64,000 bases of DNA from Isurus oxyrinchus. Its lineage: Eukaryota. The stretch spans positions 13,640,001-13,704,000 of the forward strand of contig JANJGN010000008.1 in NCBI GenBank assembly GCA_026770705.1. Direction: 5' to 3'. Position numbers and translations under genes: made by a program. This document shows, in pieces, positions 38,191-51,962 of this stretch. How positions within the stretch are numbered: the stretch's first letter is position 1; every line of letters begins with the position of its first letter. The notes below the pieces were generated by a model that was not told the origin of the DNA, did no database searches, and worked only from the letters and a program-made list of their open reading frames with translations.

Positions 38191-39505
38191 TTTTTAAAAT
38201 TCCAAAGCTTAGGGCCTAGGTTAGCTGAAGGTATAATGACCAAAAGTGAAGTGATGGACATCGGGAATGCTCAAGAGGCCAGAATTAGAGGGGGCATCGA
38301 TTTCTCCAGAGGGCTGTGGGGCTGGGAGAGATCACAGAGATAGGGAGGGGCAAGGCAATTGAGGGATTTGAAAACAAGGGTGAGAATTTTAAAACTGAAG
38401 TGTTGCTGGGCTGGGAGCCAATGCACTTCAATGAGCACCGAGTCTGATGGGTGAACAGGACTCGATATAAATTGTTAAGGGCTTCAACATTTCAGATGAG
38501 CTCAAATTTTCAGAGGCTGCAGGTGAAAGGTCAGCAGGGAGATACAGCTTTGGTTACGGGGAGATACCAGATAAATTTGAGCTCTTTGTATTTGAACAGG
38601 GCAGTCCAGGACACACCTGACAGAGGGTTCAAAGTGTTTTGATAAGATAAAGAGGAAAAATGATTTGCACTGGGCTACCCAATCTGTAAATGGAATTCCT
38701 TTAAGATCATCATCACAAGATTAGAGGTTAAGAGGCAGTCTTTTACTCTGAGGGACCATCAGTCAGGAGATTCTGCCCTTCAAGGTGTCTTATTGATGTC
38801 TAAGACACAAAGACACCCTCGATGCCCCTCTAATTCTGGCCTCTTGAGCATTCCCGATGTCCATCACTTCACTTTTGGACACCCTGAGAGCCAATCACAA
38901 AGCCGATAGGTTGGACCCCACTACACAGGGAAGAAACAACCCTGGAGAGATCCAAATGGAGAAATGTCAGACATCAAACAATCTCAACACTTGAGGAGAA
39001 GAGAGTCAGGTCCCTACAGGACAAGCAAACACGCCAAAAAGCCAGAGACTTTACCCAGCCCTTCAACCGTGACTTATGTAATATTTGCAATCTGATCTGC
39101 AAATCATGATTTAGTTTCACATCACATATGAGACAACACCAACCTAGACAATGAACAAACAGCCTCCTTGCCGAATACTCATTCATCAAATGACAGAAGA
39201 ATCCATCCTGTAGGGTGCTGTAAGTGAATGCAGGCTCCCTAGATCTTGTAATTTAAAAAGAAGACATTTTCTTGACTTCTCTTGATGCCCTGTTTCACAG
39301 ACTCATGGATTAATGTCCACTAAACATCCACCACCTCCAGCCCCTCACTCATACAGGGGGACCCGATGTTAGCTATAAAGAGGAGCGACTGGGTAGACCA
39401 AGCCTATACCCACTCTGGTTTATAAGAATGAGGGTGATTTCATTGAAACATATAACATTCTTAAGGGGCTTGATGCTGAAAAAATATTCCCCCGGACTGG
39501 GGAGT

Positions 39506-39775
39506 TGTGGTAACGTTGAGTGCTACGCACCTTTAAGGGAATGTAGTTAATTGTCCATATTGTACTGACCAATCTCTACAGAGCAACGGGCTACTTGGGT
39601 AACTGTAAGTCTGGAGCTGGAGGTGATTAAGAAGCACACACGGTGTTTGTGCTCTGTTCTTAGTCCCAGTAAACCACCAGGTCCCTCCCTGCCTATATTG
39701 TTTCAAGCACCAACTAATGTGTGAATATCAAGGACGCAGCCAAACAAAGCCAACCGGATAACCAAAATCATAAAA
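39506..39775 (+). mobile_element. Probable short solo LTR (270 bp) inside a CR1 fragment
   Basis: Starts TGT; imperfect 5-bp TSD GGAGT/GGAAT; CR1 sequence resumes on both sides. Confidence 0.45.
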
Positions 39776-40927
39776 GGAATCTAGAACATTGGCTCACAAT
39801 CTTAGGATAAGGAGTGGCCACTTAGGACTGAGCTGAGGAGAAATTTCTTCACTCAAAGGGATGTGGATCTTTGGAATTCTCTACCCCAGGAGGTTGTGGA
39901 TGTTAACTCATTGAGTATATGCAAGACGGACGCTGGAAAATCTTTGGATGTTAAGGGAATGAGGGGATATGGGGATAAGGCGGGAAAGTGCAATTGAGGT
40001 AGATGGTCAGCCAGGATCTAGTTGAATGGCGGAGGAGGTTTGAGGGGCTGAACAGCCTATTCCTGCTCCTTTTTCTTGAGTTCTTTCATACGTTCTAACA
40101 CAGTAAAAACAAAACAAGGCCAGATGGGGAAATGAGACTTACTTGAAATAGAACTCACGACAAACAAACAATTTTACTCACAGCCTCCCCTGAGGTAAAA
40201 CTATACGGATTGGTCTGACTTGCCCCTATGTGCTCGTTCACCCAGCTGGACTTCGATAAAAGGGGCGATTTACCCGGTGAGAGTGGGAAGAGGAATGGGA
40301 TTGGTGGGTAGGTTTGGTGAAGCTGCAGCCTGGACAGGTGACAGGGCTCAATGCACTGCCTCATCATAGTCCTATCAATGACTTGCTGCCCTTTAGAGTG
40401 ACAAGCGGAGCATCACATTCACCCATGGGAACAGGAAGAGGCTATTCAGCCTGCTCCACCATATCATGAGATCACAGCTGGCCTGTGACTTGACTCCCTA
40501 TGTTCTGCCCCATGCTCCTCTCACGAACAAATATCTACCAGTCGCAGGTTTAAAATTGACGATTGACCCAACATCAATTTCCATCTGCGGAAGAGAGTTC
40601 CAAACCTCTACCAGCCCTTTGTGTGGAGATTTATTTCCTGACCTCACTCCTAAAACTTCTGGCTCCAGATTTTAGGTTGCGTCACCTAGTCCTGGACTTC
40701 CCAACCAGCAGATATAGCTTCTCTCTACCTTATCTTTCCCCCTTAATATTTCTATTCTGATCTCTTCACTTGCTCAGCTTTGGAGTCCGGACCTTTCCTG
40801 GGAGCGTGGTACCTGTGCAGCGAAGGTCGGATCTCCAACTCAGGCTCCTTGGGGTGGAGCTCCGCTCTGTGAATTTACCCTGATTATATTGCACCCGGAG
40901 TCTGAGACACTCCCATCCTCACAGCAG

Positions 40928-41262
40928 TAGGGTTGCTAACTTTCCCGGATTGGCCTGGAGTCTCCAGGAATTGAAGATCAATCTCCAGGACACTGCTATG
41001 CGCAACCCTGGAGAAAACTCATCGGGACCTTAAAAATGACAGTTGCTTTTGTCTTTTTCTTTGAACATTTCTATTTACCAGATGTAAAAATATTGAAAAT
41101 GAGGGGGATAAAGGGCAATTTGGCTGACGGTCAAGCCTCATCCAATTGGGTAATGGGTCTTTTTGCTTTCCAATTGCTGTGGGAAGGCAGTGCATCACAA
41201 GGATGGCTGACTAATGGCTGGAGTGTGATGACACCTCCAGAAATACACAGTTGGCAACCCTA
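40928..41262. mobile_element. MITE with TAGGGTTGC(T/C)AACT terminal inverted repeats (hAT-Blackjack-like)
   Basis: TAGGGTTGCTAACT ... AGTTGGCAACCCTA; a diverged relative at ~61147-61468; no clear TSD. Confidence 0.6.
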
Positions 41263-42639
41263 GACAATGTGTAGCAGCAGCCTGTAACTCGAATGAATGA
41301 TGCAATAGTGAGACAGGGGCCTCTGACTTAATCCCCAGGCAGTTCAGCCAGGGTGGTGAGGGGAGTGAGGGTGGGTGGAGGCTTGGGGAAGGCTGGAGGG
41401 AAAGGACTAGGGAGATGGGGGTAGAATCAGACAGGATTCCCATTTCCCTGATTGCCAACCAGCCAGCGTTCATCAAACACTGTGGTAATCTCAATTTTTT
41501 AAAAAATTCATTCACGGGATGTGGGCTTCGCTGGCTGGGCCAGCATTTATTGCCCCTCCCTAGTAGCCCTTGTTGAAGAGCTTGGACTAGATTAATTGCT
41601 TGGATCACATGTGAAGATTATTCATTTGACAGGGTAGCCAGAGGAAAGTTGGTTGGTGCATTACTGTTCCCAGTCAGCACCTTCAGAACAGGGGAAGAAA
41701 ATTATAAGCAAGAAACACTGGATTCATTGAGGACAAGAGGGCATCTGTGCCCTGTGCCAAAGTTAATTTTTAAAAACTCATCCTCAGGATGTGGGCGTCA
41801 CTGGCTGGGCCAGCAATTATTGCCCATCCCTAATTGCCCTTCAGAAGGTGGTGGTGAGCTGCCTTCTTGAACCGCTGCAGTCCATGTGGCGTAGGTACAC
41901 CCACAGTGCTGTTAGGGAGGGAGTTCCAGGATTTTGACCCAACGACAGTGAAGGAACGGCGATATATTTCCAAGTCAGGGTGGTGAGTGGCTTGGAGGGG
42001 AACTTCCAGGTGGTGGTGTTCCCATGTGTCTGCTGCCCTTGTCTTTCTAGGTGGTATAGGTTGTGGGTTTGGAAGGTGCTGTCGAAGGAGCCTTGGTGAA
42101 TTCCTGCAGTGCATCCTGTAGATGGTACACACTGCTGCTACTGTGCGTCAGTGGTGGAGGGAGTGAATGTTTAAGGTGGTGGATAGGGTGCTGATCAAGT
42201 GGGCTGCTTTGTCCTGGATAGCATGGAGCTTCTTGGGTGTTGTTGGAGCTACACTCAATCCAGGCAAGTGGGGAGTATTTCATCACACTCTTGACTTGTG
42301 CCTTGTGGATGGTGGACAGGCTTTGGGGAATCAGGAGGTGAGTTACTCATCACAGGATTCTGAGACTCTTGCCTGCTCTTGTAGCCACAGGTTTTATGTG
42401 GCTAGTCCAGTTCAGTTGATGAAACCTCGAGAAACAGAGCTGGCAGTGCAGGGCTGACAGTCCAATGCAGTACCGAGCGAGCAGACCACTTCAGGTGATG
42501 TAAATGACCCCATGTGACCTCTATTTGAAGACGGTTAGGGGACCTCTCCCCAGTGACCTGACCAAAATTTATTGCTTAACCAATATCATGAAGTATGGAT
42601 TATCGGGTCATTATTTATTTGTGGGAGTTTGCTGCACAT

Positions 42640-45600
42640 ATGAACATACAAGCAAGGGGCAGGTGTAGGACATTCGGCCCCTCGAGCCTGCTCCGCCATT
42701 TAATAAGATCATAGCTGATGTGATAGTCACCTGAAATCTGCATCCTGCCTACCACCAATAACCTACCACCCCCTTGCTTACCAGGAATCTATCTAGCTCT
42801 GCCTTAAAAATATTCAAAGACTCTCCTTCCACCACCTTTTCAGGAAAAGAGTTCCAAAGATTCATAACCCTCTGAGGGAAAAGATTTCACCTCATCTCTG
42901 TTTTAAATGGGCGACCCCTTATTGTTAAACAGTGACCCCTGGTTCTAGGTTATTCCACAAGAGGAAGCATCCTCTTCACATCCACCCCGTCAAAATCCCT
43001 CAGGATCTTAAACAAAAATAAAAATAGCTGGAAAAACTCAGTAGGTCTGACAGCATCTACGGAGAGGAACACAGTTAACATTTTGAGTCCGTGTGACTCT
43101 TTATCAGAACTGAGGAAATATAGAAATGAGGTGAAATATAAGCTGGTTGAGGGGGGTGGGACAGATAGAGCTGGATAGAGGGCCAGTGATAGGTGGAGGC
43201 AAAGAAGAGATTGCCAAAGATGTCGTAGACAGAAGGACAAATGGATGTTGACGGTGGTGATATTAGCTAAGGGATGTGCTAATGGTGACATTAAGGGTAG
43301 AAAGCAGGACGAGCAAGTGACAGATAGCCCTAGAGGGGGTGGGGTGGGGTGGGGTGGGGTGGGGTCGGGGGGAAGGGATCGAAATAGGCTAAAAGGTAGA
43401 GATAAAACAATGGATGGAAATACATTTAAAAATAATGGAAATAGATGGGAAAAGAAAAATCTATATAAATTATTGGAAAAAAGGGGGATCAGAAAGGGGG
43501 TGGGGATGGAGTAGGGAGTTCATGATCTGAAGTTGTTGAACTCAATATTCAGTCCAGAAGGCTGTAAAGTGCCTAGTCGGAAGATGAGGTGCTGTTCCTC
43601 CAGTTTGCGTTGAGCTTCACTGGAACAATGCAGCAGGCCAAGGACGGACATGTGGGCATGAGAGCAGGGTGGTATGCTGAAATGGCAAGCGACAGGGAGG
43701 TCTGGGTCATGCCTGCGGACAAACCGAAGGTGTTCCGCAAAGCGGTCACCCAGTTTGCATTTGGTCTCTCCAATGTAGAGGAAACCGCATTGGGAGCAGC
43801 GAATGCAGTAGACTAAATTGAGGGAAATGCAAGTGAAATGCTGCTTCACTTGAAAGGAGTGTTTGGGCCCTTGGACGGTGAGGAGGAGGAAGTAAAGGGG
43901 CAGGTGTTGTACCTTCTGCGGTTGCACTGAAAGGTGCCGTGGGAGGGGGTTGAGGTGTAGGGGGTGATGGAGGAGTGGACCAGTGTGTCCCGGAGGGAAC
44001 GATCCCTGCGGAATACCATCAGAGGGGGTGAAGGGAAGATGTGTTTGGTGGTGGCATCATGCTGGAGTTGGCAGAAATGGCGGAGGATGATCCTTTGAAT
44101 GTGGAGGCTGGTGGGGTGATAAGTGAGGACAAGGGGGACCCTATCATGGTTCTGGGAAGGAGAGGAAGTTGTGAGGGCGGATGCATGGGAGATGGGCCGG
44201 ACATAGTTGAGGGCCCTGTCAACCACCGCGGGTGGAAAAGCTCGGTTAAGGAAGAAGGAGGATATGTCAGAGGAACTGTTTTGGAAGGTAGCATCATCAG
44301 AACAGGTGCGACAGAGGCGAAGGAACTGGGAGAATGGGATGTAGTCCTTACAGGAAGTGGGGTGTGATGAACTGTACTTGAGGTAGCTGTGGGAGTCGGT
44401 AGGCTTGTAATGAATATTGGTGGACAGTCTATCACCAGAAATTGAGACAGAGAGGTCAAGGAAGGGAAGGGAAGTGTCAGTGATGGATCATGTGAAAATG
44501 ATGGAGGGGTGGAAATTGAAAGCAAAATTAATAAATTTTTCTAGGTCCAGACGAGAGCATGAAGCAGCACCGAAGTAATCATCGATGTACCGGAAAAAGA
44601 GTTGTGGGAGGGGGCCGGAGTAGGACTGGAACAAGGAATGTTCCATATACCCCATAAAGAGACAGGCATAGCTGGGGCCCATGCGGGTACCCATAGCCAC
44701 ACCTTTTATTTGGAGGAAGTGAGATGAGTTTAAGGAGAAATTGTTTGGTGAGAGAACAAGTTCAGCCAGACAGAGGAGAGTAGTGGTGGATGGGGATTGT
44801 TCGGGCCTCTGTTTGAGGAAGAAGCTAAGGGCCATCAGACCATCCCGGTGGGGGATGGAGGTGTAGAGGGATTGGACATCCATGGTGAAGAGGAGGCAGT
44901 TGGGGCCAGGGAACTGGAAATTGTTGATGTGATGTAAGGTGTGAGAGGAATCACGGATATAGGTGGGAAGGCACTGGACAAGGGGAGAGAGAAGGGTGTC
45001 AAGATAGCGAGAAATGGGTTCCGTGGGTATCTCAGGATCTTATATGTTTCAATCAAGTCACCTCTTACTCCTCTAAAGTCCAGTGGATACAAGCCTAGTC
45101 TGCCCAACCTTTCCTCATTAGACAACCCACCCATGCCAGGTATTAGCCTGGTAAACCTTCTCTGAACTGCTACTTTTATCTTTCCTTAAATACTGTACAC
45201 AGTACTCCAGATGTGGTCTCACTGGTACTCTGTATAACAGAAGCATAACCTCTCTACTGTTGTATTCAATTCCCCTCAGATAAGTGACAATATTTTATTA
45301 GCTTTCCTAATTATTTGTTGTACCTGTACACTAGCCTTTTGCAGCTGAAGCATGAAGACAGCCAGATCTCCCTGAATCTCAGAGCTCTGCAATCTCTCAC
45401 TATTTATTCTTCCTGCCACAATGGGCAATTTCACATTTTCCCCACATGATACCCAATTTGCCAGATCTTTGCCCACTCACTTAACCTGTCAATATATTTT
45501 TGTAGCCTCCTTATGTCCTCTTCACAACTTACTTTCCTACCTATCTTTGGGTCTACAGCACATTTGGCAACCATCCCATCCATCCCTTCATCCAAGTTAC

Positions 45601-46745
45601 TTATATAAATTGTAAACAGTTGAGGTCCCAGCTCTGATCCCTGTGACACACACTCATTACATCGTGCCAACCTGAAAAAGACCCATTTATGCCAACTCTC
45701 TGCTTCCTGTTAGCTAGCCAATCTTCTATCCATGCCAACATGTTACCCCCCTACATCATGAGCTTTTATTTTCTGCAATAACCTTTGATATGGCATCTTT
45801 ATCAAATGCCTTCTGGAAATCTAAGTACATCCACCAGTTCCTCTTTATCCACGGCACATGTTACTTCCTCAAAGAACTCCAGTAAATCGGTTTAACATGA
45901 TTTCCCTTTCACAAAATCCCATTGACTCTGCCTGATGACCTTGAGCTTATCCAAGTGCCCTGCTATAACTTATTTAATAATAGCTTCTAACATTTTGCCT
46001 ATGAAAGATGTTAAGCTAACTGGCCTGTAGTTTCCCACTTTCTGTCTCCCTCCCTTTTTGAATAATGGAGTTACATTTGCTATCCTCCAATCTAATGGGA
46101 CCTTCCCCAAATCTAAGGAGTTTTGGAAAATTAAAACCAATGCATCTTAATTATCTCACTTGCCATTTCTTTTAAGACTCTAGAATGAAGTCCATCAGGA
46201 CCCGGGCACTTGTCAGGCCACAGCTCCAACAATTTACTCAGTACCACTTTTCTGGAATTGTAATTTTTCTGAGTTCCTCCCTCTTATTCTAATTCTCTGT
46301 ACTCTAATTTTTCCCTCTTTATTAATCTTTTAGTCATCTTTCGCTGTTCCTAATATTCTGTCCAATCTTCTGGCCTTCCACCTATCTTTGCACGATTATG
46401 TACTTTTCTTTTAAGTTCGATATTTTCCTTAACCTTTCTAGTTAACCACGGATGGTGTGCCTATCCCTTGGACTTTTTCTTACTCATTGAAATGTACCTA
46501 TTCTGTGTATTCTGAAGTATCCCCTTAAATATTAGCCACTGCATCTCTATTGACTGACTCCTTAACCTAATTTGCCAATTCCCTTTAGCCAGCTCAGCTT
46601 TCACGCCCTCATAATTGCCCTTACTTAAGTTTAAAAACATAGTCTCAGACCCACTCCTCTCTCCCTCCAACTGAATGTAAAATTCAATCATATTATGGCC
46701 GCTGCTATCTAAGGACGCCTTCACTCTGAGATCATTGATTATTAA
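42640..46745 (-). mobile_element. CR1-clade LINE, degenerate, split by a Penelope-like insertion
   Basis: 3' tail at ~42640; VSQGSELGPQLF and SSGHNMIEF motifs; host continues across the TSD. Confidence 0.8.
43011..45030 (-). mobile_element. Penelope-like retroelement, 5'-truncated (RT + GIY-YIG), 12-bp TSD
   Basis: MDVQSLYTSIPH, GVAMGTRMGPSYACLFMG, FFRYIDD, VYCIRCSQC..YIGET; CTCAGGATCTTA at 42999-43010 and 45031-45042; frameshifted. Confidence 0.9.
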
Positions 46746-46846
46746 TTAATGTTCTCATTGTGAAGGTGCCCCTGGATAGCAGTGACCATAATATGGCTGA
46801 ATTTTACATTCAGTTTGAGGGAGAGAGGAGAGGGCCCCCAGGCTAT

Positions 46847-49206
46847 GGGCAGAATTTTCCGTGCCAGCCGGCAGCACGGACAATATGGTATGATCTGTTT
46901 CCTGACGGCAGGAAGGAAGGTCATGTTCGTCCGCTCAGCCTGCTGTGGTGGACCACATTTCCCGCTGAGGGTTGTTGGGGAGCTCATTGCAATACAGCAG
47001 TATATCATTCAAAGGCCATCTCGCCAGGCTCTTGGACCCCACCCCCCGCCCCCCCACCCCCCCCCCCCCCCCCCCACCGCCCGCCGCCCGCCGGACTGTA
47101 TGTCGACGTGTTTCACAAGACACGGGCGATGTGCACTTGGCAGCCTTCACTTTGGGGGAAACTGAGGTGATTGAGCAGCAACGCCCTGCAGATCTCGCCG
47201 GGGTTGCCCGTTGGCTTTGCAGGCTTCAGGAGCGCAGGGGGTCCGGGCTGAAGTGCCGCTCTGCCACGGAGGCAACGGTTGTTGGGGGGGGTGGTAGGGT
47301 GTCCTGGGGCCACTGCTGCCCAGCCTCAGAAGTGACTGTTGTCAGGGGTATCGGGGAGGGGGGGGGGCAACTGCTGCCCTGGCATTGGACCCCGCACACA
47401 AGAAATCGAGGAGGGGGGGCAGGGTAGTGAGGGAAGTGGCCTATGCGGAAGGGGCACCTGTATAAACTGACCATTCCACTGCAACTGAGACAGATCAGGC
47501 GCAGCCACAGTGATGTGATTGGGGTCGGGCTCCTAGCCTGCCCACCCATGTAAGCAACATGGAGGCACCAAAAGGCCACCAAGTGCTCCAGACTCTACCC
47601 CCACCCCACCCCACCCCCCGCAGTCACACAGACTGCAAGTCCGTGACCACTTTATTGAACTGCGGAGCAGTTGGACTGCACACGGTGTACAATCTCCTCG
47701 CCAACGCTGGCCATGGAGCAGTCACTGCTGGAGGTGCTCACAGCCCCTTCCAATCTCAGCATCCTGGTTTGGATCAGTGTCCCCCATGTCACAGGTTGAC
47801 AGGGCAGCCATTCAGCGCACTCATCCCTGGCCATCCACAGGGGTGACCAGCGCTCTCTGCGTCGTGTTAAGGGGCAGTCACACAGGGTCAGGAAAGGTGC
47901 TAAGTACACCCATGATAGCCACGTCTCTCTCTATCTTTCATGCTGCAGGAGGACCACCTCAGGATCATGGATCCTGGAGACCTAGCTGTATGCCTGATGG
48001 CCTACAGAGACCATAGAAGGCGGAGGAGAGAGTGACTGAGGTTCCTGGCTGCGCAGAGACAGGGGCAGTAACCTCATGAAGAAGGGGCAGCAGGAGCTCC
48101 CACACACACTACCCAGGAGCGACTGTGAGCCGTGGCTGGTCAGTGCCTAGTGACACCCGGGGTCTATAGACACCGCCTGCCATTCCTGCAGATGACTGAG
48201 AACCAGTGTCGCCAATGACTGCACATGTCTAGGGACCTGGTAGCTCACATCTGCCACTTCCTGCAGGACTTGGTGCCAAGGGGACATGGAGGGCATCCAC
48301 TGCCAGTGGCTGTGAAAGTGACCGTGATGCTCAATTTCTATACCAGTGGCTCCTTTCAGGGCTCCACAGGTGACCTCTGTGGGATTTCACAATCCACCAC
48401 CCACAATTGTATCCATGAGGTCACAGATGTCACCTTCTCCATGGCAACAACTTTGTGCATTTCACCCAGGACCAGGACAGCCAGGATGCCAGGGCCATTG
48501 GATTGTCCCTGATCTCGGGATTCCCACAGGTGCAGGGTGTGATTGACTGCATTCATGTGGTGCTCAGGTCTCCTTCGCTACACTCGGTGGACTTCATCAA
48601 CCACAAGGGCTTCCACTCACTGAACGTGCAGCTGGTGAGCGACCACCAGAAACGCTCGCCCCGCACGGATAGAGATGGAGAGAGTGTAAGCAGGATGCCT
48701 GTTGGGCCAGATGATAAGTATACCTGGCCTGTGCGGGTGGTGAGTGGTCCCATGGACAGGATCAGGACAATGACGGTGAGTGCAAGAGAGTGAATGGTGC
48801 TGTCCCTTGAACCGGGAGTGAGTGAGGGCCCTGTGGGTGTGTGCCGGGTTTGTGAGTGTATGAGCTGGGAGCAATGAGAAGAGTGACCTACCCTGGCGGT
48901 GCAGAGGGGATCACTCATCCTCTTGCGGCACTGGGCGGCTGCCCTCTTCTGAAGGGCGTTGCCGCGGACCACCGCCTCCCCAAGCCGGATTGGTCAAATG
49001 GCCTGCCCGTCCCTGTGAGGGGACAGGACATCCCGGTGGGGGGCCTCCACGGCATCCGGCAGTCGCTCGAGGGACCCTTCACTGAGAGCCCGCCCGGCCT
49101 GGAAACGGGGTCTTTCCTGGGAACGCGCGTGGCGGGCTGGGGACAGTACGGCGTGAAAACCCACCACCGCTACCACGGTTGGTGCAAATTTGGGGAACTT
49201 CCACCC
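46847..49206. mobile_element. PIF/Harbinger DNA transposon remnant (transposase +, Myb/SANT-like gene -)
   Basis: +: [47 protein letters not shown]; -: SLERLPDAVEA...RAAAQCRKRMSD; TIR-like GGGCAGAATTTTCC / GGGAACTTCCACCC. Confidence 0.8.
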
Positions 49207-49636
49207 TCTGTTTTGAAACTGAAGGAGGGCAGTGAGATCAATAATGAACCCCGAATTGGCTAATGTGTTTCCGCAGATTGTGACAAAAAGAACGGAATTG
49301 GTTATAAAGTGATTTGGGAGGGAGGGGTGGGTGGGGAGGGGACCTGAGGTGGCGAAGGGCGCTATAAAAATGCAAACCCGCCCTTTATTCCTCGAAACCT
49401 TTGTATTGACAACCGGAGGGTCCGCCAGCGGAGGTCGGGGAGGAACAGGTTCCCCGTTTCCTGGGTCAGAGGTCTGGGAAGAGGTTTCCGGGGAACCGTG
49501 CAGGTCTGGCCCTGCAGCCGGACTGACGTTCATTCCGAAACAGGGAAGATTTGGACTTCCTCTTCAAAACCCAGCACCGGCCACCCCCCCCATCTGAAAG
49601 GATTGTCTCCCCTCCGAATGGTCAACTGAAACCACC

Positions 49637-50350
49637 GGGCCAGGATATTACCCTGATCGGGTGGGTGGGTGGGCACGGGCGTGGGTCCCGACATCACCGC
49701 GGACGTGAGCAACAGGGAGGTCGGCGGGCACGGGCGGGAGTCAGTGCTGCGCCCGCCGACAACCAAAGGGTCGATTCAGCCCGTTGAAAACCCGACTGCC
49801 CACGACGTTCCGTTGCCCGTGCGATTTTTGAACTCATCACGTGGGCCAAACAGGCAGGCGGGCGGCCCAATGTTAACCAAACCTCATCCAAGGTCAGGAT
49901 GAAATGTCCGGGGTGAAACATAATAAAAAAAAAATGATGTCTGGCGACTGATTGGTTTTTTTTTGAGTTCCGCTGTCGGGTGCTGGAATGTGTTGGATAG
50001 AGACGCAGTTTGGGGGCGTCTCTTTCCCCTTTGCCGTTTAACCTGTCCGGGTCTGCAGCTTTCCTGAGGCAGCTGTCTGCCTTCAGGGTGCTCACTGGCA
50101 TGCGCCCGGCCGCATCCTGGCTTTTGTTGGCGCCTGCCCTCTTCCCACCCTCCCCACTTCCCAACCCCCACACCAACCCCCCCGGGCAGCGCTGAGGCTT
50201 TCTCAGTGCATGTTTCACACTGGCTCACCGTTAATTGGCCAGCCAGCGTGAAATTGTATCTCGGGGGCCGATCGCGGGCGGAAGCGCATTTCACGTCCGC
50301 TTCTGTGCCCAACAACCCTGGCGCGCGCGCCAAGCGTGAAATTCAGGCCC
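49637..50350. mobile_element. GC-rich Harbinger-type non-autonomous element
   Basis: GGGCCAGGATATT ... AAATTCAGGCCC imperfect TIRs; CpG-rich interior. Confidence 0.5.
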
Positions 50351-51003
50351 ACTGCTTCTTCCTCGAATTGCACTCATTGAAGACCCTGAATTACCTTGTC
50401 AAGCAGCTAAATTTCAGACGGGAATTCATTTGTGAGCGTCAGCACATTGCTCAATCTTGGCTTGTGTGTATATGGTAGCGAAGTGGTAATGTCACTAATC
50501 CAGGGGCCTAGGCTAATGCTCCAGGGTCATGGGGTTAAATCCCATCACGGCAGTCGGTCAATGTTAAATGTAACTGATAAGAACCTGGAATTGAAAGTGA
50601 GCCTCAGTAATGGTGACCAACCATTGACTGATCCCATCTGGTTCACTAATGTCCTTTAGGGAAGGAAATCTGCCCGCCTTACCTGGTCTGGCCTACATGT
50701 GACTCCAGACCCACAGCAATGTGGTTGACTTTTAAATGGCCTGGCAAGCCACTCAGTTCAAGGGCAATTAGGGATGGGCAACAAATGCTGGCTGTGCCAG
50801 CGATGCCCACATCTCATGAAAGAATCTTTCACTTTGTCAGGATGTCAAGTGCATTCTGGTCAATGAAGTGATTTTGAAGTCTTGCCTACTGTTGTATCGT
50901 AGGAAACACAGCTTCCAATTTTTGGCACACAGGAAGCAATGAAAAAAGGACTGGATTGTTTTCAGTAGTGTTGGCTGAAGGATCAACCAACCCATCCGTA
51001 CAG

Positions 51004-51585
51004 ATTTATAAGGTTCTGGTCAGATCACATTTAGAATATTGTGAGCAGTTTTGGGCCTCGTATCTCAGGAAGGATGTGTTGGCCCTGGAGAGGGTCCAGA
51101 GGAGGTTCATGAGAATGATTCCAGGAATGAAAGGTTTAACATATGAGGAACGTTTGAGGACTCTGGGTCTATACTCAATGGAGATTAGAAGGATGGGGCG
51201 GGATCTGATTGAAAATTACAGAATACTGAAAGGCCTGGATAGAGTGGACGTGGGGAAGATGTTTCCATTAGTAGGAGAGACTAGGACCCAAGGGCACAGC
51301 CTCAGAGTAAAGGGAAGACCTTTTAGAACAGAGATGAGGAGAAACTTCTTTAGCCAGAGAGTGGTGAATCTATGGAATTCATTGCCACAGAAGGCTGTGG
51401 AGGCCAGGTTATTGAGTGTATTTAAGACCAAGATAGATAGGTTCTTGATTGGTAAGGGGATCAAAGGTTATGGGGAGAAGGCGGGAGAATGGGGTTGCGA
51501 AACTTATCAGCCTTGATTGAATGGCGGAGCAGACTCGATGGGCCGAATGGCCTAATTTCTGCTCCTATGTCTTATGGTCTTATGG
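51004..51585 (+). mobile_element. Young CR1-clade LINE 3' end
   Basis: Open frame LVRSHLEYC...GIKGYGEK, highly similar to 12423-12985; TCTTATGG tail repeats. Confidence 0.9.
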
Positions 51586-51897
51586 TCAATGTTGCCAAGG
51601 AGTTGCTGTGGTTTTCTTCATTTCTGTTGTGTGCACCTGGGAGAATGGGTTTGGGCCCTCGGGCTTAACAGCTCATCTGGAAGATGGCACCTCCGACAGT
51701 GCAGCACTCCCTCAATACCGCACAGGGGTGGTGTCAGCATGTGGATTATGTGCTCAAGCTCCTGAATTGAAATTTGAACCCTCTCACTGCTGACCAGAGG
51801 CAAGAGAGAGAGAGAGGGCTGCCTGCCAAGCTAGGGATGTTCAATTGCTCTGGGTGCTTATATTTGAAAATCGGCTCATGTTCAGTTAAGTACGGTA

Positions 51898-51962
51898 GGG
51901 ACTTTCCAAGCTAGTCTCTGCTAACTTCCTCTTCGGCAGTGGCTGAGAGTGAATAAAAAAAA
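51898..51962 (+). promoter_or_regulatory. CD74 proximal promoter: NF-kB site, PU.1/ETS site, A-rich TATA-like element
   Basis: GGGACTTTCC 51898-51907 (canonical kB); AACTTCCTCTT 51923-51933 (reverse complement AAGAGGAAGTT); AATAAAAA from 51952. Confidence 0.7.

Noticed and set aside
40928-41262. GTTGC(C/T)AAC and ATTGG motifs as a sixth X-Y module
   Set aside because: They are the terminal inverted repeats of a MITE, and the spacing does not match modules A-E
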